Made by a program: the position numbers and the translations under genes. Shown in pieces: positions 24,188-34,482 of a stretch of 40,000 nt of DNA. A model generated the notes under the pieces. The model was given only the letters and a program-made list of their open reading frames with translations, did not search any database and had not been told where the DNA came from. How positions within the stretch are numbered: position 1 is the stretch's first letter; every line of letters begins with the position of its first letter. The stretch is from Bordetella sp. H567 (GTDB lineage: Bacteria; Pseudomonadota; Gammaproteobacteria; Burkholderiales; Burkholderiaceae_B). Location of the stretch: the NCBI RefSeq assembly GCF_001704295.1, contig NZ_CP012334.1:716084-756083 (forward strand). Reading direction: 5' to 3'.

Positions 24188-25189
24188 TCAATGTAGCGGC
24201 TTGATATTGCGCATCCGCAGGATTCCGTTCCAGCGGTCGGTCTCTTCGGCGATGAGTTCCTTGAATGCAGCCGGCGTGTTGGGTTGCAGCGGCGTAGCGA
24301 AAGCTTGCTGCGCCATGGCGTCGTGCAGTGCGGGCTCCATCAGCGCTGCGTTGATGGATCGGTTGAGTTTTGCGATCACATGCGGCGGCGTGCCGGCGGG
24401 CACCAGTAGACCGCTCCAGGCTCCAAGCTCAAGTCCTGACAGTTCCGACACGCCGGCTTCTTCCAGCGTGGGCACATCGGGTATTGCGGGTGTCCGTAGA
24501 GAAGACATGGTGACGAGCGGCCTGAGCCTGCCTGCGCGGATGTGGGGCAGCCCCTCGGCAACGGTTGCGATATATAGGTCTATCCGACCGCCCATCACGT
24601 CTGTCAACGCTTGCGCGCCACCGCTGTAAGGAACATGCTGCATGTCGATGCCCACTTCCTGTTGGAGCAATTCGCAAAGCAGATGGGACGTTGTTCCCAT
24701 GCCGGAAGAGGCACAACTGAGCCCCCCGGGATACGTTCGGGCCAGCCTCACGACATCGTGTACGGAGGCGATGGGGGCATGGGTGCTGGTCACCATGACG
24801 AAGGGTATCGTTGCGACCAAACCCACCGGGACCAGATCGCGCGCAAAGTCATACTTCATGGTCCCGTACATCGTTTTGTGTATGGTGTTCGGTCTTCCAC
24901 CAAGAAAGACTGTATAGCCATCCGGTGTGGCGCGCGCGACATATTCCGCACCGATATTGCCGCCGGCGCCAGGCTTGTACTGGATGATCATTTTTTGGCC
25001 AAGCGCCTCGCCAACGTGGGCCGCGAGGAGCCGGGCCAGCGTATCCGCACTACCGCCGGCCGGGTAGCCAATTACCAGGGTAACCGGGCGCTGCGGGTAT
25101 ACGGCTTCCTGGTCGGATGCCATCGCCCACCACGGGGCGATGGCGCTTGCCAGCACGACGGCGGCGAGGTTTCTCTTGAGAAGGTGCAT
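24188..25189 (-). CDS. Bug-family (TctC-like) substrate-binding protein, copy 2
   Basis: 333 aa, colinear with copy 1. The last ~70 aa are almost identical. Confidence 0.9.
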   Translation of the reverse strand: MHLLKRNLAAVVLASAIAPWWAMASDQEAVYPQRPVTLVIGYPAGGSADTLARLLAAHVGEALGQKMIIQYKPGAGGNIGAEYVARATPDGYTVFLGGRPNTIHKTMYGTMKYDFARDLVPVGLVATIPFVMVTSTHAPIASVHDVVRLARTYPGGLSCASSGMGTTSHLLCELLQQEVGIDMQHVPYSGGAQALTDVMGGRIDLYIATVAEGLPHIRAGRLRPLVTMSSLRTPAIPDVPTLEEAGVSELSGLELGAWSGLLVPAGTPPHVIAKLNRSINAALMEPALHDAMAQQAFATPLQPNTPAAFKELIAEETDRWNGILRMRNIKPLH

Positions 25190-25217
25190 CTGGTCTCCGT
25201 TCTACTTTTATTCCGAG

Positions 25218-25254
25218 CATGCCGGCATGAGGCCCAAGAACCGTTCCCGGCATG
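25218..25254. promoter_or_regulatory. Paired palindromic motif upstream of Bug copy 2
   Basis: CATGCCGGCATG (25218-25229) and TCCCGGCATG (25245-25254). Confidence 0.35.
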
Positions 25255-25611
25255 ATTTCGGAAAGATGATCCACGCTGGGATCAGCGCGCGCGTGAGTGA
25301 CGGCGGGCACTCGCACGTTCCGGGCGGCATGTCGCACCCGGTGTGGCTTCCATGTTCCGGCATGTGCGGCATGTGAGCCCGCCGGCAACGGTAGGCTGAC
25401 AACCCCAGGGGCCGTGGTTCCGTCCGTTCATTATCGGGTGCTAACATTCCGCGCGCATCGGAAAAGCACGCATCCGCAACCCATCCAACGTCCTCGTGGG
25501 CGTAAGAAAAAATATGCCAGACAAGCGATCAACGGACGCCTCGATCCCGTTGCGGCGCCAAGGACAGTTCTCCCAACGGCGGGCCCACGGGCCCCGCGGC
25601 GGAAGGCGTCC

Positions 25612-26616
25612 ATGACGGTCAGGAAGGTGGCGATCGTCATTCATGAAGGCGTTCAGGCCCTGGATGTGGCAGGACCGGCCGATGCCCTGCACGGCGCCAA
25701 TGCCTACCTGCCCGCGGCCGAGCGATACGAAACCGTACTTGTCGCGGGACATCGCTGCCCCTTGCGGGCCTCCAACGGAATGCAGCTGGTTGCGGACCTG
25801 AGCTTCGATGACGCGGTCGGTGATTTCGACATGCTGCTCGTTGCCGGCGGTCCGGCCATGCCGGATGCGCCGCCGGATCCTGCACTGACGGCTTGGCTGC
25901 GCAAGGCGCCGCAGATTGCCCGTCTGTATGGGTCGGTGTGTACCGGCGCTTTCGCGCTGGGTTATGCCGGCCTGCTCGACCAGCGCCGTGCCGCGACGCA
26001 TTGGCAGCATGCCGGGAAGCTGTCCAGGCGATTCCCGGAAGCCAGGGTCGAGCCGGACGCGATCCATATCCGCGACGAGCGGCTGATGACGTCCGCCGGC
26101 GTCACGGCTGGCATAGACCTGGCCCTGGCGGTGATAGGAGAGAACCACGGGCATGGCCTCGCATTGGCTGTTGCCAAGCGATTGGTGATGGTTGCCCAGC
26201 GCCAGGGCGGCCAGTCGCAGTTCAGCCCTTACCTGACGGCGCCTTCGGACCCGGACTCACCCGTGGCGCGCGTCCAGGCCTTGGTGATGGGCAATATCGG
26301 CCAGCGGCATACCCTGCAATCGCTGGCGGCCGCCGCCTGTATGAGTACCCGCAACCTGACGCGGTATTTCATGCAGGAAGCCGGCATCACGCCTTATGCG
26401 TTCGTGCAGCAGGCGCGTGTGGACGCGGCCCGCAAGATGCTGGAGGCCGGCGATCAGCCCCTCAAATCCGTGGCCTTCAGCTGCGGCTTCGGGACCGTCG
26501 ACAGGATGCGCATCGTTTTCAACGAACGTTTGGGCGTGACGCCGGCCCAGTATCGCGCCAGTTTCCACCGGCGCATTGGTCACAGGCCGAGCGCCTTCGC
26601 GACGCCGCCGCCGTAG
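25612..26616 (+). CDS. GlxA-family transcriptional regulator (DJ-1/PfpI domain plus AraC HTH)
   Basis: Start at [26 protein letters not shown] with SD GGAAGG. C terminus [36 protein letters not shown]...[23 protein letters not shown]. Confidence 0.88.
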   Translation: MTVRKVAIVIHEGVQALDVAGPADALHGANAYLPAAERYETVLVAGHRCPLRASNGMQLVADLSFDDAVGDFDMLLVAGGPAMPDAPPDPALTAWLRKAPQIARLYGSVCTGAFALGYAGLLDQRRAATHWQHAGKLSRRFPEARVEPDAIHIRDERLMTSAGVTAGIDLALAVIGENHGHGLALAVAKRLVMVAQRQGGQSQFSPYLTAPSDPDSPVARVQALVMGNIGQRHTLQSLAAAACMSTRNLTRYFMQEAGITPYAFVQQARVDAARKMLEAGDQPLKSVAFSCGFGTVDRMRIVFNERLGVTPAQYRASFHRRIGHRPSAFATPPP

Positions 26617-28043
26617 GCAGGGTCTGCCTTCGCGCAGTTTTCAATGTGGCGCCGCTTCACTTCCTCGCGTGCATCGCCCATCGCACGTGCCGTGTTTTCG
26701 AATAGCAGCTGTTGCTGCGCGGGCGTCATCAGGCGGAAGAGATTTCCCGGCTGCTCGTAGTGATCCTCGTCCACCCGGTGGTCCCAGTGCGCGGCCGCGC
26801 CGTCGAGCTCCAGTGGCGGCTCCTGCAGCGACGGATCGTCGCCTATCCACGCCCCCTTGCTGTTGGGCCAGTAGGTAGGCGTACCGCCCAGGTTGCCGTC
26901 GGTGCGCATGGCGCCGTCGCGGTGATAGCTGTGGAACGGGCATTGTGGCGCGTTGACCGGGATGTGGTTGAAGTTCACGCCCAGGCGATAGCGCTGTGCG
27001 TCGCCGTAGGAGAACAGCCGCGCCTGGAGCATTTTGTCGGGGGAGAACCCGATACCGGGCACGACGTTCGCGGGCGAAAAAGCGGCCTGTTCGACTTCGG
27101 CGAAGTAATTTTCAGGATAGCGGTTCAGTTCCATCACGCCGACTTCGATCAGCGGATAGTCGGCCTTGGGCCACACCTTGGTCAGGTCGAACGGATTGTG
27201 CTTGTGGCGCTGGGCCTGGCCCTGTGTCATGACCTGGATGTATAGCTTCCAGCGGGGGAAATCACCGCGCTCGATGGCCTGCAGCAGGTCGCGGCCATGG
27301 CTTTCGCGGTCGCCTGCCACCACGCTGGTGGCGCCCTGGTCCGTCAGGTTCTCGATGCCTTGCTGGCAACGGAAGTGGAACTTGACCCACACGCGCTCGT
27401 TGTCGGCATTGATCATCGAGAACGTGTGGCTGCCGAACCCATGCATGTGCCGGAAGGTCTTCGGAATGCCGCGATCCGACATTACGATGGTCACCTGGTG
27501 CAGCGCCTCGGGCAGCAGCGACCAGAAGTCCCAGTTGTTGTCGGCCGAGCGCAGCCCCGTGCGCGGGTCGCGCTTGATCGCGTGGTTCAGGTCCGGAAAG
27601 CGGAACGGATCGCGGAAGAAGAACACCGGGGTGTTGTTGCCCACGATGTCCCAGTTGCCTTCCTCGGTGTAGAACTTCACGGCGAAGCCGCGGATGTCGC
27701 GTTCGGCGTCCGCCGCGCCGCGTTCGCCGGCCACGGTGGAAAAGCGGGTAAACATAGGGGTCTGCTTGCCCACTTCGGAGAAAAGCTTGGCCTTGGTGTA
27801 GCGCGTGATGTCGTGCGTGACCGTGAACGTGCCGTACGCGCCCCAGCCCTTGGCGTGCATGCGGCGCTCGGGGATCACTTCACGATCGAAATGGGCCAGC
27901 TTCTCGATCAGCCAGATGTCCTGCAGCAGTACCGGCCCGCGCGGCCCGGCGGTCATCGTATTCAGGTTATCGGCCACCGGCGCACCGGTCGCGTGCGTGA
28001 GGGATTGCGTTCCAGTGATGTCGGGGGATCGCTTGTCGGTCAT
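26580..28043 (-). CDS. katA: Monofunctional haem catalase (small-subunit type)
   Basis: 487 aa from [39 protein letters not shown] and [21 protein letters not shown] are canonical catalase motifs. SD is GGAG. Confidence 0.93.
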   Translation of the reverse strand: MTDKRSPDITGTQSLTHATGAPVADNLNTMTAGPRGPVLLQDIWLIEKLAHFDREVIPERRMHAKGWGAYGTFTVTHDITRYTKAKLFSEVGKQTPMFTRFSTVAGERGAADAERDIRGFAVKFYTEEGNWDIVGNNTPVFFFRDPFRFPDLNHAIKRDPRTGLRSADNNWDFWSLLPEALHQVTIVMSDRGIPKTFRHMHGFGSHTFSMINADNERVWVKFHFRCQQGIENLTDQGATSVVAGDRESHGRDLLQAIERGDFPRWKLYIQVMTQGQAQRHKHNPFDLTKVWPKADYPLIEVGVMELNRYPENYFAEVEQAAFSPANVVPGIGFSPDKMLQARLFSYGDAQRYRLGVNFNHIPVNAPQCPFHSYHRDGAMRTDGNLGGTPTYWPNSKGAWIGDDPSLQEPPLELDGAAAHWDHRVDEDHYEQPGNLFRLMTPAQQQLLFENTARAMGDAREEVKRRHIENCAKADPAYGGGVAKALGL

Positions 28044-28383
28044 TCGGATAGCTCCAATAGGCGGTCGGGTTGCCGTGGCGGAAGTGGATATGCGGCGTCT
28101 GGCCCATCGCTGCCGGGCCCGGCGCCGCGGCCATTTCAGCATGGGCATTCCGGGCGATCAACGATCATGTGACGCCGGATCTGGACAACCCGACGCCGTT
28201 TTGCGCCAGAGCTGGGTCGCGGCATGGTGGGACGGCCGCCATGGCGGCCGTGTTTTTCGGTCGCCCGGGGGACATTGGGGTTAATCTGGCGTGTGCGCCG
28301 ATATCGTTATCCGTCCGGCGCGGGGATAGCGCCTGGGCACGGCGATGCCACGCATCGGCGCGGGAGCGTCACGGAGGGCTTCC

Positions 28384-30759
28384 ATGCAGCCGAACTCCAT
28401 GAATGAAGCCGACAGCGACCTCCCCGGAGGCGGGCCTCCCTTCGACAGCGTTCGCTTCGCGGCCAACCTGCTCAGCGCGACCCTGATCGTCGCCGGCCTT
28501 TACTACGGCCGCGAAGTCCTCATACCCCTGGCGTTCGCCTTCCTGATCAGCTTCGCCCTCAGCCCCCTGGTGACCTGGCTGGGGCGCTTGCGCCTGCCGC
28601 GCGGCGCGAGCGTCATTGGCGTCATGGCGGTGGTCATCGTCGTGCTGGGCGGGCTGGGGCTGTTGCTGGGCACGCAGCTGCGCGCCCTGGGCGAGCAGCT
28701 GCCTACTTATCAGTCGACCATGGAGGCCAAGGTGGTCGACCTTCGGACACGCCTGAAGGCGCCCGGCGTATTGGACCGCGCGCTGGAAACGATTACGTCG
28801 CTCCGCAAGGAAGTGGAAAGCACGACGCTTCCGTCGGCCGACGAGGCGCAGCGCGTGGCGGTGGTTCCCGGCCCGGAGTCTCCGCTGAAAACCGCCGGCG
28901 CCTGGATCGCTCCGGCGCTGCAGCCGCTGGCGACGATGGGCATCATCCTGGTCTTCGTCTTCATCGCCCTGTATGACCAGGGCGATCTGCGCGATCGTGC
29001 GCTGACGATCCTCGGTGGCGACCTCCATCGTTCCACCGATGCGCTGCAGGAGGCCGCCACGCGCATCGCCAAGTATCTGCGGATGCAGCTGCTGGTCAAT
29101 GTGGGTTATGGCGTGCCCATGGCGCTGGGCCTGTGGCTGATCGGCGTGCCGGGGGCGCTGCTGTGGGGCACGCTGGCGGCCGTGATGCGCTTTGTGCCGT
29201 ATGTGGGCCCCATGATTTCGGCGATATTTCCCATCGGCCTGGCCTTTGCCGTCGACCCCGGGTGGCACATGCTGCTGTGGACCATTGCCTTGGTGGTCGT
29301 CCTGGAGCTCATCAGCAACAATGTGGTGGAGCCTTTGCTCTATGGCACCAGCACCGGCTTGTCGGCGATGTCGCTGATCGCCGCGGCGACCTTCTGGACC
29401 GTGCTGTGGGGGCCAGTGGGGCTCATCCTGTCCACGCCCTTGACCGTATGCATCCTGGTGATCGGGCGCCACCTGCCGCAGCTGCAATTCTTCGAGACCC
29501 TGCTGGGCGCGGCGCCCGCCCTGGACGCGCCGACACGGCTCTATCAACGCTTGATCGCGGATGATGCCGACGAAGCGATCGAGCTCGCGAATGCCGAAGT
29601 CAGGCGGTCATCGGTTCAAGCGTTCTACCATGACATCGGCATCGAGGTGCTGCGTATCGCCAGCCGGGAGCACCTGCGCAGTGCCACCGCCGCCCATCGC
29701 TGGCGCGTGGCAAACGGCATGGAAAGACTGCTCGATGACCTGCGCGAGGAGTACCCGCCGCAAGGCGAAGGCGACAATGCCATGGCCGTCGTTTGCCTGG
29801 GGGGAAAGTGGGAGCTGGACAACCTTGCGTCCGAAATGCTCGCGCACGCGCTCCAGATGGAATCCATCCGCGCGGACTCCCGGCGTGTCTTCGCCATCAC
29901 GTCGAAGGCCATCGAAACGCTGGCCCTGGATGAGGCGGATCTTGTCTGTGTGAGCTACTTCGCCGCGAACCCACAGGCGCCGGCGCGTCACTTCTGCCGG
30001 CGCTTGCGGCGCCGCTGGCCACGGCTGCGGATCATGCTTGTGTTGTGGAACGCGCCCGCCGACTTGCTGGAGAACGACTCTCACAAGACGCTAGGCGCGG
30101 ACGAAGTCGTCACCACGGTGAACGAGGCAGTCCTGCGCATCCAGGCCATGGCGGCGCCGCCCGCCGCGAAGCAGGAGCGGAAAACCGACGCCGTGCCGAT
30201 CGACCCTGCACGGGAGGCCGCGCTCGATGTCTCGGGCATCGTTGCGGGCCAGGTGCGCGAAGTGTTGGACGGGCTCGCGCAGCGCGCCGCGGATGTGTTT
30301 GACGTCGGCTACGCCGTGATCGTGTTGACCAGCGGGGATCGCGAGCTTGTCGTCGGCCAGAATCGGCCATTACAGGGCACCTTGCCCCGCGACGAGGGAA
30401 ATATGATCGCGATGCCGCGGGACGAAGCGATCGGCAAGCCCGTCGTCGGCCAGGACGAAGCGCTGGTTGTCCCGGACACGGAGCGCGATCCGCGCTTCGC
30501 CGGCCATCCCGTGGTGCGGCTATGGGGCATGCGCTTCTTCGCGGGTGTGCCGCTGCGCACCCGGGATGAACGTGTGTTCGGGGCCCTGTGCCTGTTCGAC
30601 AAGGAGCCGCGCACGCTGGACGAGCGGGCCATCGAATTGCTGGACAGCATGGCCCTGGAGCTGGCGGCGGTGATTATATCGACCCTGGCCGTACCGGAGG
30701 CGCCGTCGCCGCAAGCGGAGGCGACCTCGGCGACGGTGGCGCAGCCGCTGCCCGAATAG
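28384..30759 (+). CDS. AI-2E (PerM/UPF0118) family transporter fused to a C-terminal GAF domain
   Basis: N-terminal ~380 aa is a multi-TM AI-2E-like region. C terminus VPDTERDPRFAGHPVVRLWGMRFFAGVPLRTRDERVFGALCLFDKEPRTL is GAF-like. Start at MQPNS with SD GGAGGG. Confidence 0.8.
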   Translation: MQPNSMNEADSDLPGGGPPFDSVRFAANLLSATLIVAGLYYGREVLIPLAFAFLISFALSPLVTWLGRLRLPRGASVIGVMAVVIVVLGGLGLLLGTQLRALGEQLPTYQSTMEAKVVDLRTRLKAPGVLDRALETITSLRKEVESTTLPSADEAQRVAVVPGPESPLKTAGAWIAPALQPLATMGIILVFVFIALYDQGDLRDRALTILGGDLHRSTDALQEAATRIAKYLRMQLLVNVGYGVPMALGLWLIGVPGALLWGTLAAVMRFVPYVGPMISAIFPIGLAFAVDPGWHMLLWTIALVVVLELISNNVVEPLLYGTSTGLSAMSLIAAATFWTVLWGPVGLILSTPLTVCILVIGRHLPQLQFFETLLGAAPALDAPTRLYQRLIADDADEAIELANAEVRRSSVQAFYHDIGIEVLRIASREHLRSATAAHRWRVANGMERLLDDLREEYPPQGEGDNAMAVVCLGGKWELDNLASEMLAHALQMESIRADSRRVFAITSKAIETLALDEADLVCVSYFAANPQAPARHFCRRLRRRWPRLRIMLVLWNAPADLLENDSHKTLGADEVVTTVNEAVLRIQAMAAPPAAKQERKTDAVPIDPAREAALDVSGIVAGQVREVLDGLAQRAADVFDVGYAVIVLTSGDRELVVGQNRPLQGTLPRDEGNMIAMPRDEAIGKPVVGQDEALVVPDTERDPRFAGHPVVRLWGMRFFAGVPLRTRDERVFGALCLFDKEPRTLDERAIELLDSMALELAAVIISTLAVPEAPSPQAEATSATVAQPLPE

Positions 30760-30871
30760 CGCCGGCGATGCGTCCGGCATCGGACACCGCCATGATTCAA
30801 GCTCCGAACTTTCGCATTATTGGGACGGCCTTGCGCCCGTATGGTGGTTCCTTTTACGCGGAAACCGACGC

Positions 30872-31525
30872 ATGCCATTCCATCCTCCGTTCAAGCAGGA
30901 GTTCGAACCCGGCGATCTTGTCTACGGCCTGGCGCTTCCGCGCGGTAGATATCCATACGAATATCCTCACTTTCACCAAGCCCACGATTGCGATCCCGTT
31001 TCCGGGGTGCGGCAGATCAGCCGCATCGACCAATATGCGGCGATACGCAGCGAACAATGGGAGCAGAAGTGCTTCAACAGGCATGTCCCGCCGAACCAGG
31101 CGGAGTTCCTGGCCAGCATAAAGCGGCATCCCAAGTACAAGAGCGTGCTCGCGGCGCAGCAGGCGACCGTCAAGGCCGTTTCGCGCAAATGCAAGGCGGG
31201 CCTGGCGTGGGCGACGAACTCGGAGATGTCGGTCCATTTCATCCTGGACCGGATCGACATGGAGCAGGTCGTCGCGAAGTCCCATCCCCGGGACAAGGAT
31301 GGGGCCTCGTATACCGGCTGCGAATTAAGGTGGATATACCGGAACAGGCACCATGGCCAGGTGCAACAGTGCGTCCAGTTCTGGATGAACGGCAGTGCCA
31401 CCCTGCCTCCTTGGGAGGGCAGGGACGCATCGATATGGTCGCGGTACAAGCCGTCCCACGAGTCTTCCAGTTCGCCGTCGATGTTGTCGACGCTTTTCGG
31501 CTGCTGGCGTGCGGGCGTTCGTTGA
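30872..31525 (+). CDS. Hypothetical protein (217 aa)
   Basis: Long open frame with somewhat lower GC than its neighbours. No signal peptide or recognisable domain. Confidence 0.5.
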   Translation: MPFHPPFKQEFEPGDLVYGLALPRGRYPYEYPHFHQAHDCDPVSGVRQISRIDQYAAIRSEQWEQKCFNRHVPPNQAEFLASIKRHPKYKSVLAAQQATVKAVSRKCKAGLAWATNSEMSVHFILDRIDMEQVVAKSHPRDKDGASYTGCELRWIYRNRHHGQVQQCVQFWMNGSATLPPWEGRDASIWSRYKPSHESSSSPSMLSTLFGCWRAGVR

Positions 31526-31766
31526 ATACCAGGCGGCGTGCGGATGCGGCGATAGGTAGGCGGCCGGGCGCCGTCGCGGGGCCTATCGCGCGTGCAGGGC
31601 GTTGACGGCGGTCGCTTGCCGGGCGCGGGCCAGCCAGCCCCGGCATGTGGCCGGTTGCGGCAATTGGAAGGAGGCATTAACTTCTGCAAGCGCATTCTCC
31701 GCGGGCGCCTGTCCTTGCGCGCTTGTCGCGGCCCACATCGTCGGATTGCTGACTGGAGCTTGAAAC

Positions 31767-32522
31767 GTGAAACTTGCCCTTGTGCTATTTGCCGCCTCCA
31801 GCTTCGCGCTGGCGTCCTGCGCCCAGGCGCCGCATGGCCGGCCCGATGCCGCCATTGCCGCGGCCGTCGCGTCGCCCGACCGTCCCGCCGCGGACGTGCA
31901 GCGCGATGCCGCGCGCAAGCCCGCCGAATTGATGGCTTTCGCGGGCATCAAGCCGGGCGATCGCGTCGCCGACCTGATCCCGGGCGGCGGGTACTTCACC
32001 CGTCTCTTCAGCAAGACTGTCGGTGCCACCGGGCATGTCTACGCCGTGGTACCGGAAGAGATCATGAAGATCGCGCCCAAGTCGCTGGCGACGGCGCAGG
32101 CCATTCCCACGGGTGCCTACGCCAATGTCAGCGTCATCAGCCAACCGCTGTCCGCGCTTTCCCTCCCCGAGCCGCTGGATGTCGCCTGGACTTCGGACAA
32201 CTATCATGACGTGTACGGGTTTGCAGGCGCGGCGGCGGCCGCGCAACTCGATGCCGCGGTGTACCGGGCACTGAAACCCGGTGGCGTGTTCATCGTCGTG
32301 GACCATGTGGCCAATGCGGGCACGAGCGACGCCAGCTCACATACCCTGCACCGTATCGACCCGGAAACCATCAAGCAGCAGGCCCAGGCCGCGGGCTTCA
32401 GGCTGGAAGCGGAAAGCAGCGTCCTGCGCAACGCGCAGGATCCCCATGACGTGCCGGTGTTCGCGCCGACGATCCGCGGCCATACCGATCAGTTCGTACT
32501 CAAGTTTCGCAAGCCGGGCTGA
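31767..32522 (+). CDS. Secreted/lipoprotein class I SAM-dependent methyltransferase-like protein
   Basis: MKLALVLFAASSFALASCAQ is a lipobox. DLIPGGGYFTRLFSKTVGATGHVYAV is a methyltransferase motif-I-like sequence. Confidence 0.75.
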   Translation: MKLALVLFAASSFALASCAQAPHGRPDAAIAAAVASPDRPAADVQRDAARKPAELMAFAGIKPGDRVADLIPGGGYFTRLFSKTVGATGHVYAVVPEEIMKIAPKSLATAQAIPTGAYANVSVISQPLSALSLPEPLDVAWTSDNYHDVYGFAGAAAAAQLDAAVYRALKPGGVFIVVDHVANAGTSDASSHTLHRIDPETIKQQAQAAGFRLEAESSVLRNAQDPHDVPVFAPTIRGHTDQFVLKFRKPG

Positions 32523-32657
32523 GCCTGGGCGAACCGCCGCGGAGCAGGCAACGCAGGCGTCGCGGCATCGCGCCATGTAGATCCCATGCAGATCGTCCCG
32601 GGCGCCGGTGGTATGGCGCTTGCGGCGGTGCGTCGTCGATTGCACGCATGGGAGTAG

Positions 32658-33425
32658 ATGATGAATCGCTTTGAGGGAAAAGTCGTGGTGGTGACGGGCG
32701 CCGGCTCCGGCATCGGCGCGGCCACCGCGCAACGCTTTGCGCGGGAAGGCGCCAACGTCGTCCTGGCTGGCCGCACCGAGTCCAAGCTGCGCCAGGCCGC
32801 GCAAGGGCTCGATGGAGGCAGGGTGTTGATCCATACCGCGGACGTGTCACGGCTGGACGAGGTGGAAGCGCTCGTGCAGGCCGCGGTGCAGCGCTTCGGC
32901 CGGCTCGATGTCATGGTCAACAACGCCGGTACGGCGGTCGAAGGCACCGTGACCGAGGCGTCCCCGAACGACTGGCGCACGGTCATCGCCACGGACCTGG
33001 ACGGCGTGTTCCACGGCTGCCGGGCGGCGATGCCGGAATTGATCAAGACACGCGGCTGCATCGTCAATGTCTCGTCCGTGTCCGGATTGGGCGGGGATTG
33101 GCGCATGAGCTTCTACAACGCCGCCAAGGGCGCCGTCACCAACTTCACGCGGGCGCTGGCCATGGACCATGGCAGGGACGGCGTCCGCGTGAATGCCGTC
33201 TGCCCGAGCCTGACGCGCACGGAGATGACCAAGGACATGTACGCCGACAAGGCGCTGATGGACAAGTTCGCCGAACGCATTCCGCTGGGGCGGGGTGCCG
33301 AACCCGAGGAGATCGCGGCGGTGATCGCCTTCCTGGCCAGCGATGACGCCGTCTTCGTGACCGGCGTCAATCTTCCCGTGGACGGCGGGCTGAGCGCCTC
33401 CAACGGCCAGCCTCCGCAAGCCTGA
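32658..33425 (+). CDS. SDR-family oxidoreductase
   Basis: 255 aa with TGAGSGIGAA (TGxxxGxG), NNAG and YNAAK (YxxxK). Confidence 0.9.
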   Translation: MMNRFEGKVVVVTGAGSGIGAATAQRFAREGANVVLAGRTESKLRQAAQGLDGGRVLIHTADVSRLDEVEALVQAAVQRFGRLDVMVNNAGTAVEGTVTEASPNDWRTVIATDLDGVFHGCRAAMPELIKTRGCIVNVSSVSGLGGDWRMSFYNAAKGAVTNFTRALAMDHGRDGVRVNAVCPSLTRTEMTKDMYADKALMDKFAERIPLGRGAEPEEIAAVIAFLASDDAVFVTGVNLPVDGGLSASNGQPPQA

Positions 33426-33531
33426 CGCCGCGCACGCAGCCGGGCGCAGGCCCGGCGGTGCCCGGAAGAGTCAGCAACGCCGCATGCATGCATCGGCTCG
33501 CCCGGACATGCCGCCTTGTGCGTGGCTCGCG

Positions 33532-34155
33532 TCAACGCCGCACTGCACGCACCGCATAGCCGACGGCCAGCATGGCCAGCGCGCCTACCGTGAAAGTGGC
33601 CACGGGCATGCCGCGCGCCATGTCGCGCGCGATCTGCGTCGTGCGTGGGCCGGTCAGTTGCAGCCGGCGCCGCGTCATTTCCGCTCCCAGCTCCTGCAGG
33701 CGCGTTTCGGAGAACAGCCGTTCCGCTTGCGGCAGCAGCACCGTTTCTTCATCCGCCACGTGGTGGATGACGTCGCGCATCAGCGCCAACAGCGTTTCGT
33801 CGTAGCGCGTATCGCTGGGGGTCATGGCGCGCAGTTCATCGATCAGGCGGCGCATTTCCATGTGTTCGGGAACGCTCTTGCGCAGCACCTCGTCATCCGT
33901 GACGGCGCGCAGGGCGGGGTAGAAGATTTCTTCTTCGAGCGTGGCATGGATTTCCAGCGCGGTACAGATGACGCCGACCAGCCCGGCCTTGCGCGAGAGC
34001 GGGATGTCGCGGCGGTAGCGGTGGAAAGTGGTCAGGACATGGGTGTGATCCAGGCGGATCATGCTCGTGGCGCGCGGGATCAGGCGCTGGTACAGCGGCT
34101 GGCCGCTGCCGTCGGCGGAGTAGGCGGCGTCGGAGGGGAAGTCGGTAGCGTTCAT
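33532..34155 (-). CDS. Hemerythrin-domain protein with a C-terminal TM anchor
   Basis: Start at MNATDFP. Contains HTHVLTTFHRY, EEIFYPALR and IHHVADEE his/glu motifs. C-terminal hydrophobic stretch is VATFTVGALAMLAVGYAV. Confidence 0.75.
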   Translation of the reverse strand: MNATDFPSDAAYSADGSGQPLYQRLIPRATSMIRLDHTHVLTTFHRYRRDIPLSRKAGLVGVICTALEIHATLEEEIFYPALRAVTDDEVLRKSVPEHMEMRRLIDELRAMTPSDTRYDETLLALMRDVIHHVADEETVLLPQAERLFSETRLQELGAEMTRRRLQLTGPRTTQIARDMARGMPVATFTVGALAMLAVGYAVRAVRR

Positions 34156-34236
34156 GGGAGGCTCGCGGGATGGGGCGGCCGGAAGTCGGCCGCAGCCGGC
34201 GCGACGCGCAAGCCTCATTCCCATTGATTGCCTCGC

Positions 34237-34270
34237 AAAAAAAAGCCGCGTCGCCTTATCGCGACGCGGC
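34237..34270 (-). terminator. Rho-independent terminator
   Basis: Perfect 10-bp stem GCCGCGTCGC/GCGACGCGGC with a 6-nt loop, followed on the minus strand by T8. Downstream of the lyase-family gene. Confidence 0.75.
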
Positions 34271-34482
34271 TCTCCCTTGCGGCGGGGCCGTCAGGACCGA
34301 CTGCTCATCGATAGTCCATCTCGGATGCCGGGGCGGCGGCCTTTTCTTCCTTGGGTAGGTCGGCCTCTTGATTTCTCGCATCGGGCCTACGACGCGCACC
34401 GACGGCACGCCGGTGACGGCGTCGCGGTCCTGCTGGGCCTTGTGGCATCCAGGACGGATTACGTCCCTGCGAAGTAACCTCG

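Larger units (their letters stand above)
24185..25274. repeat. Segmental duplication, copy 2
   Basis: See copy 1. Offset is about 2041-2043 bp. Confidence 0.8.
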
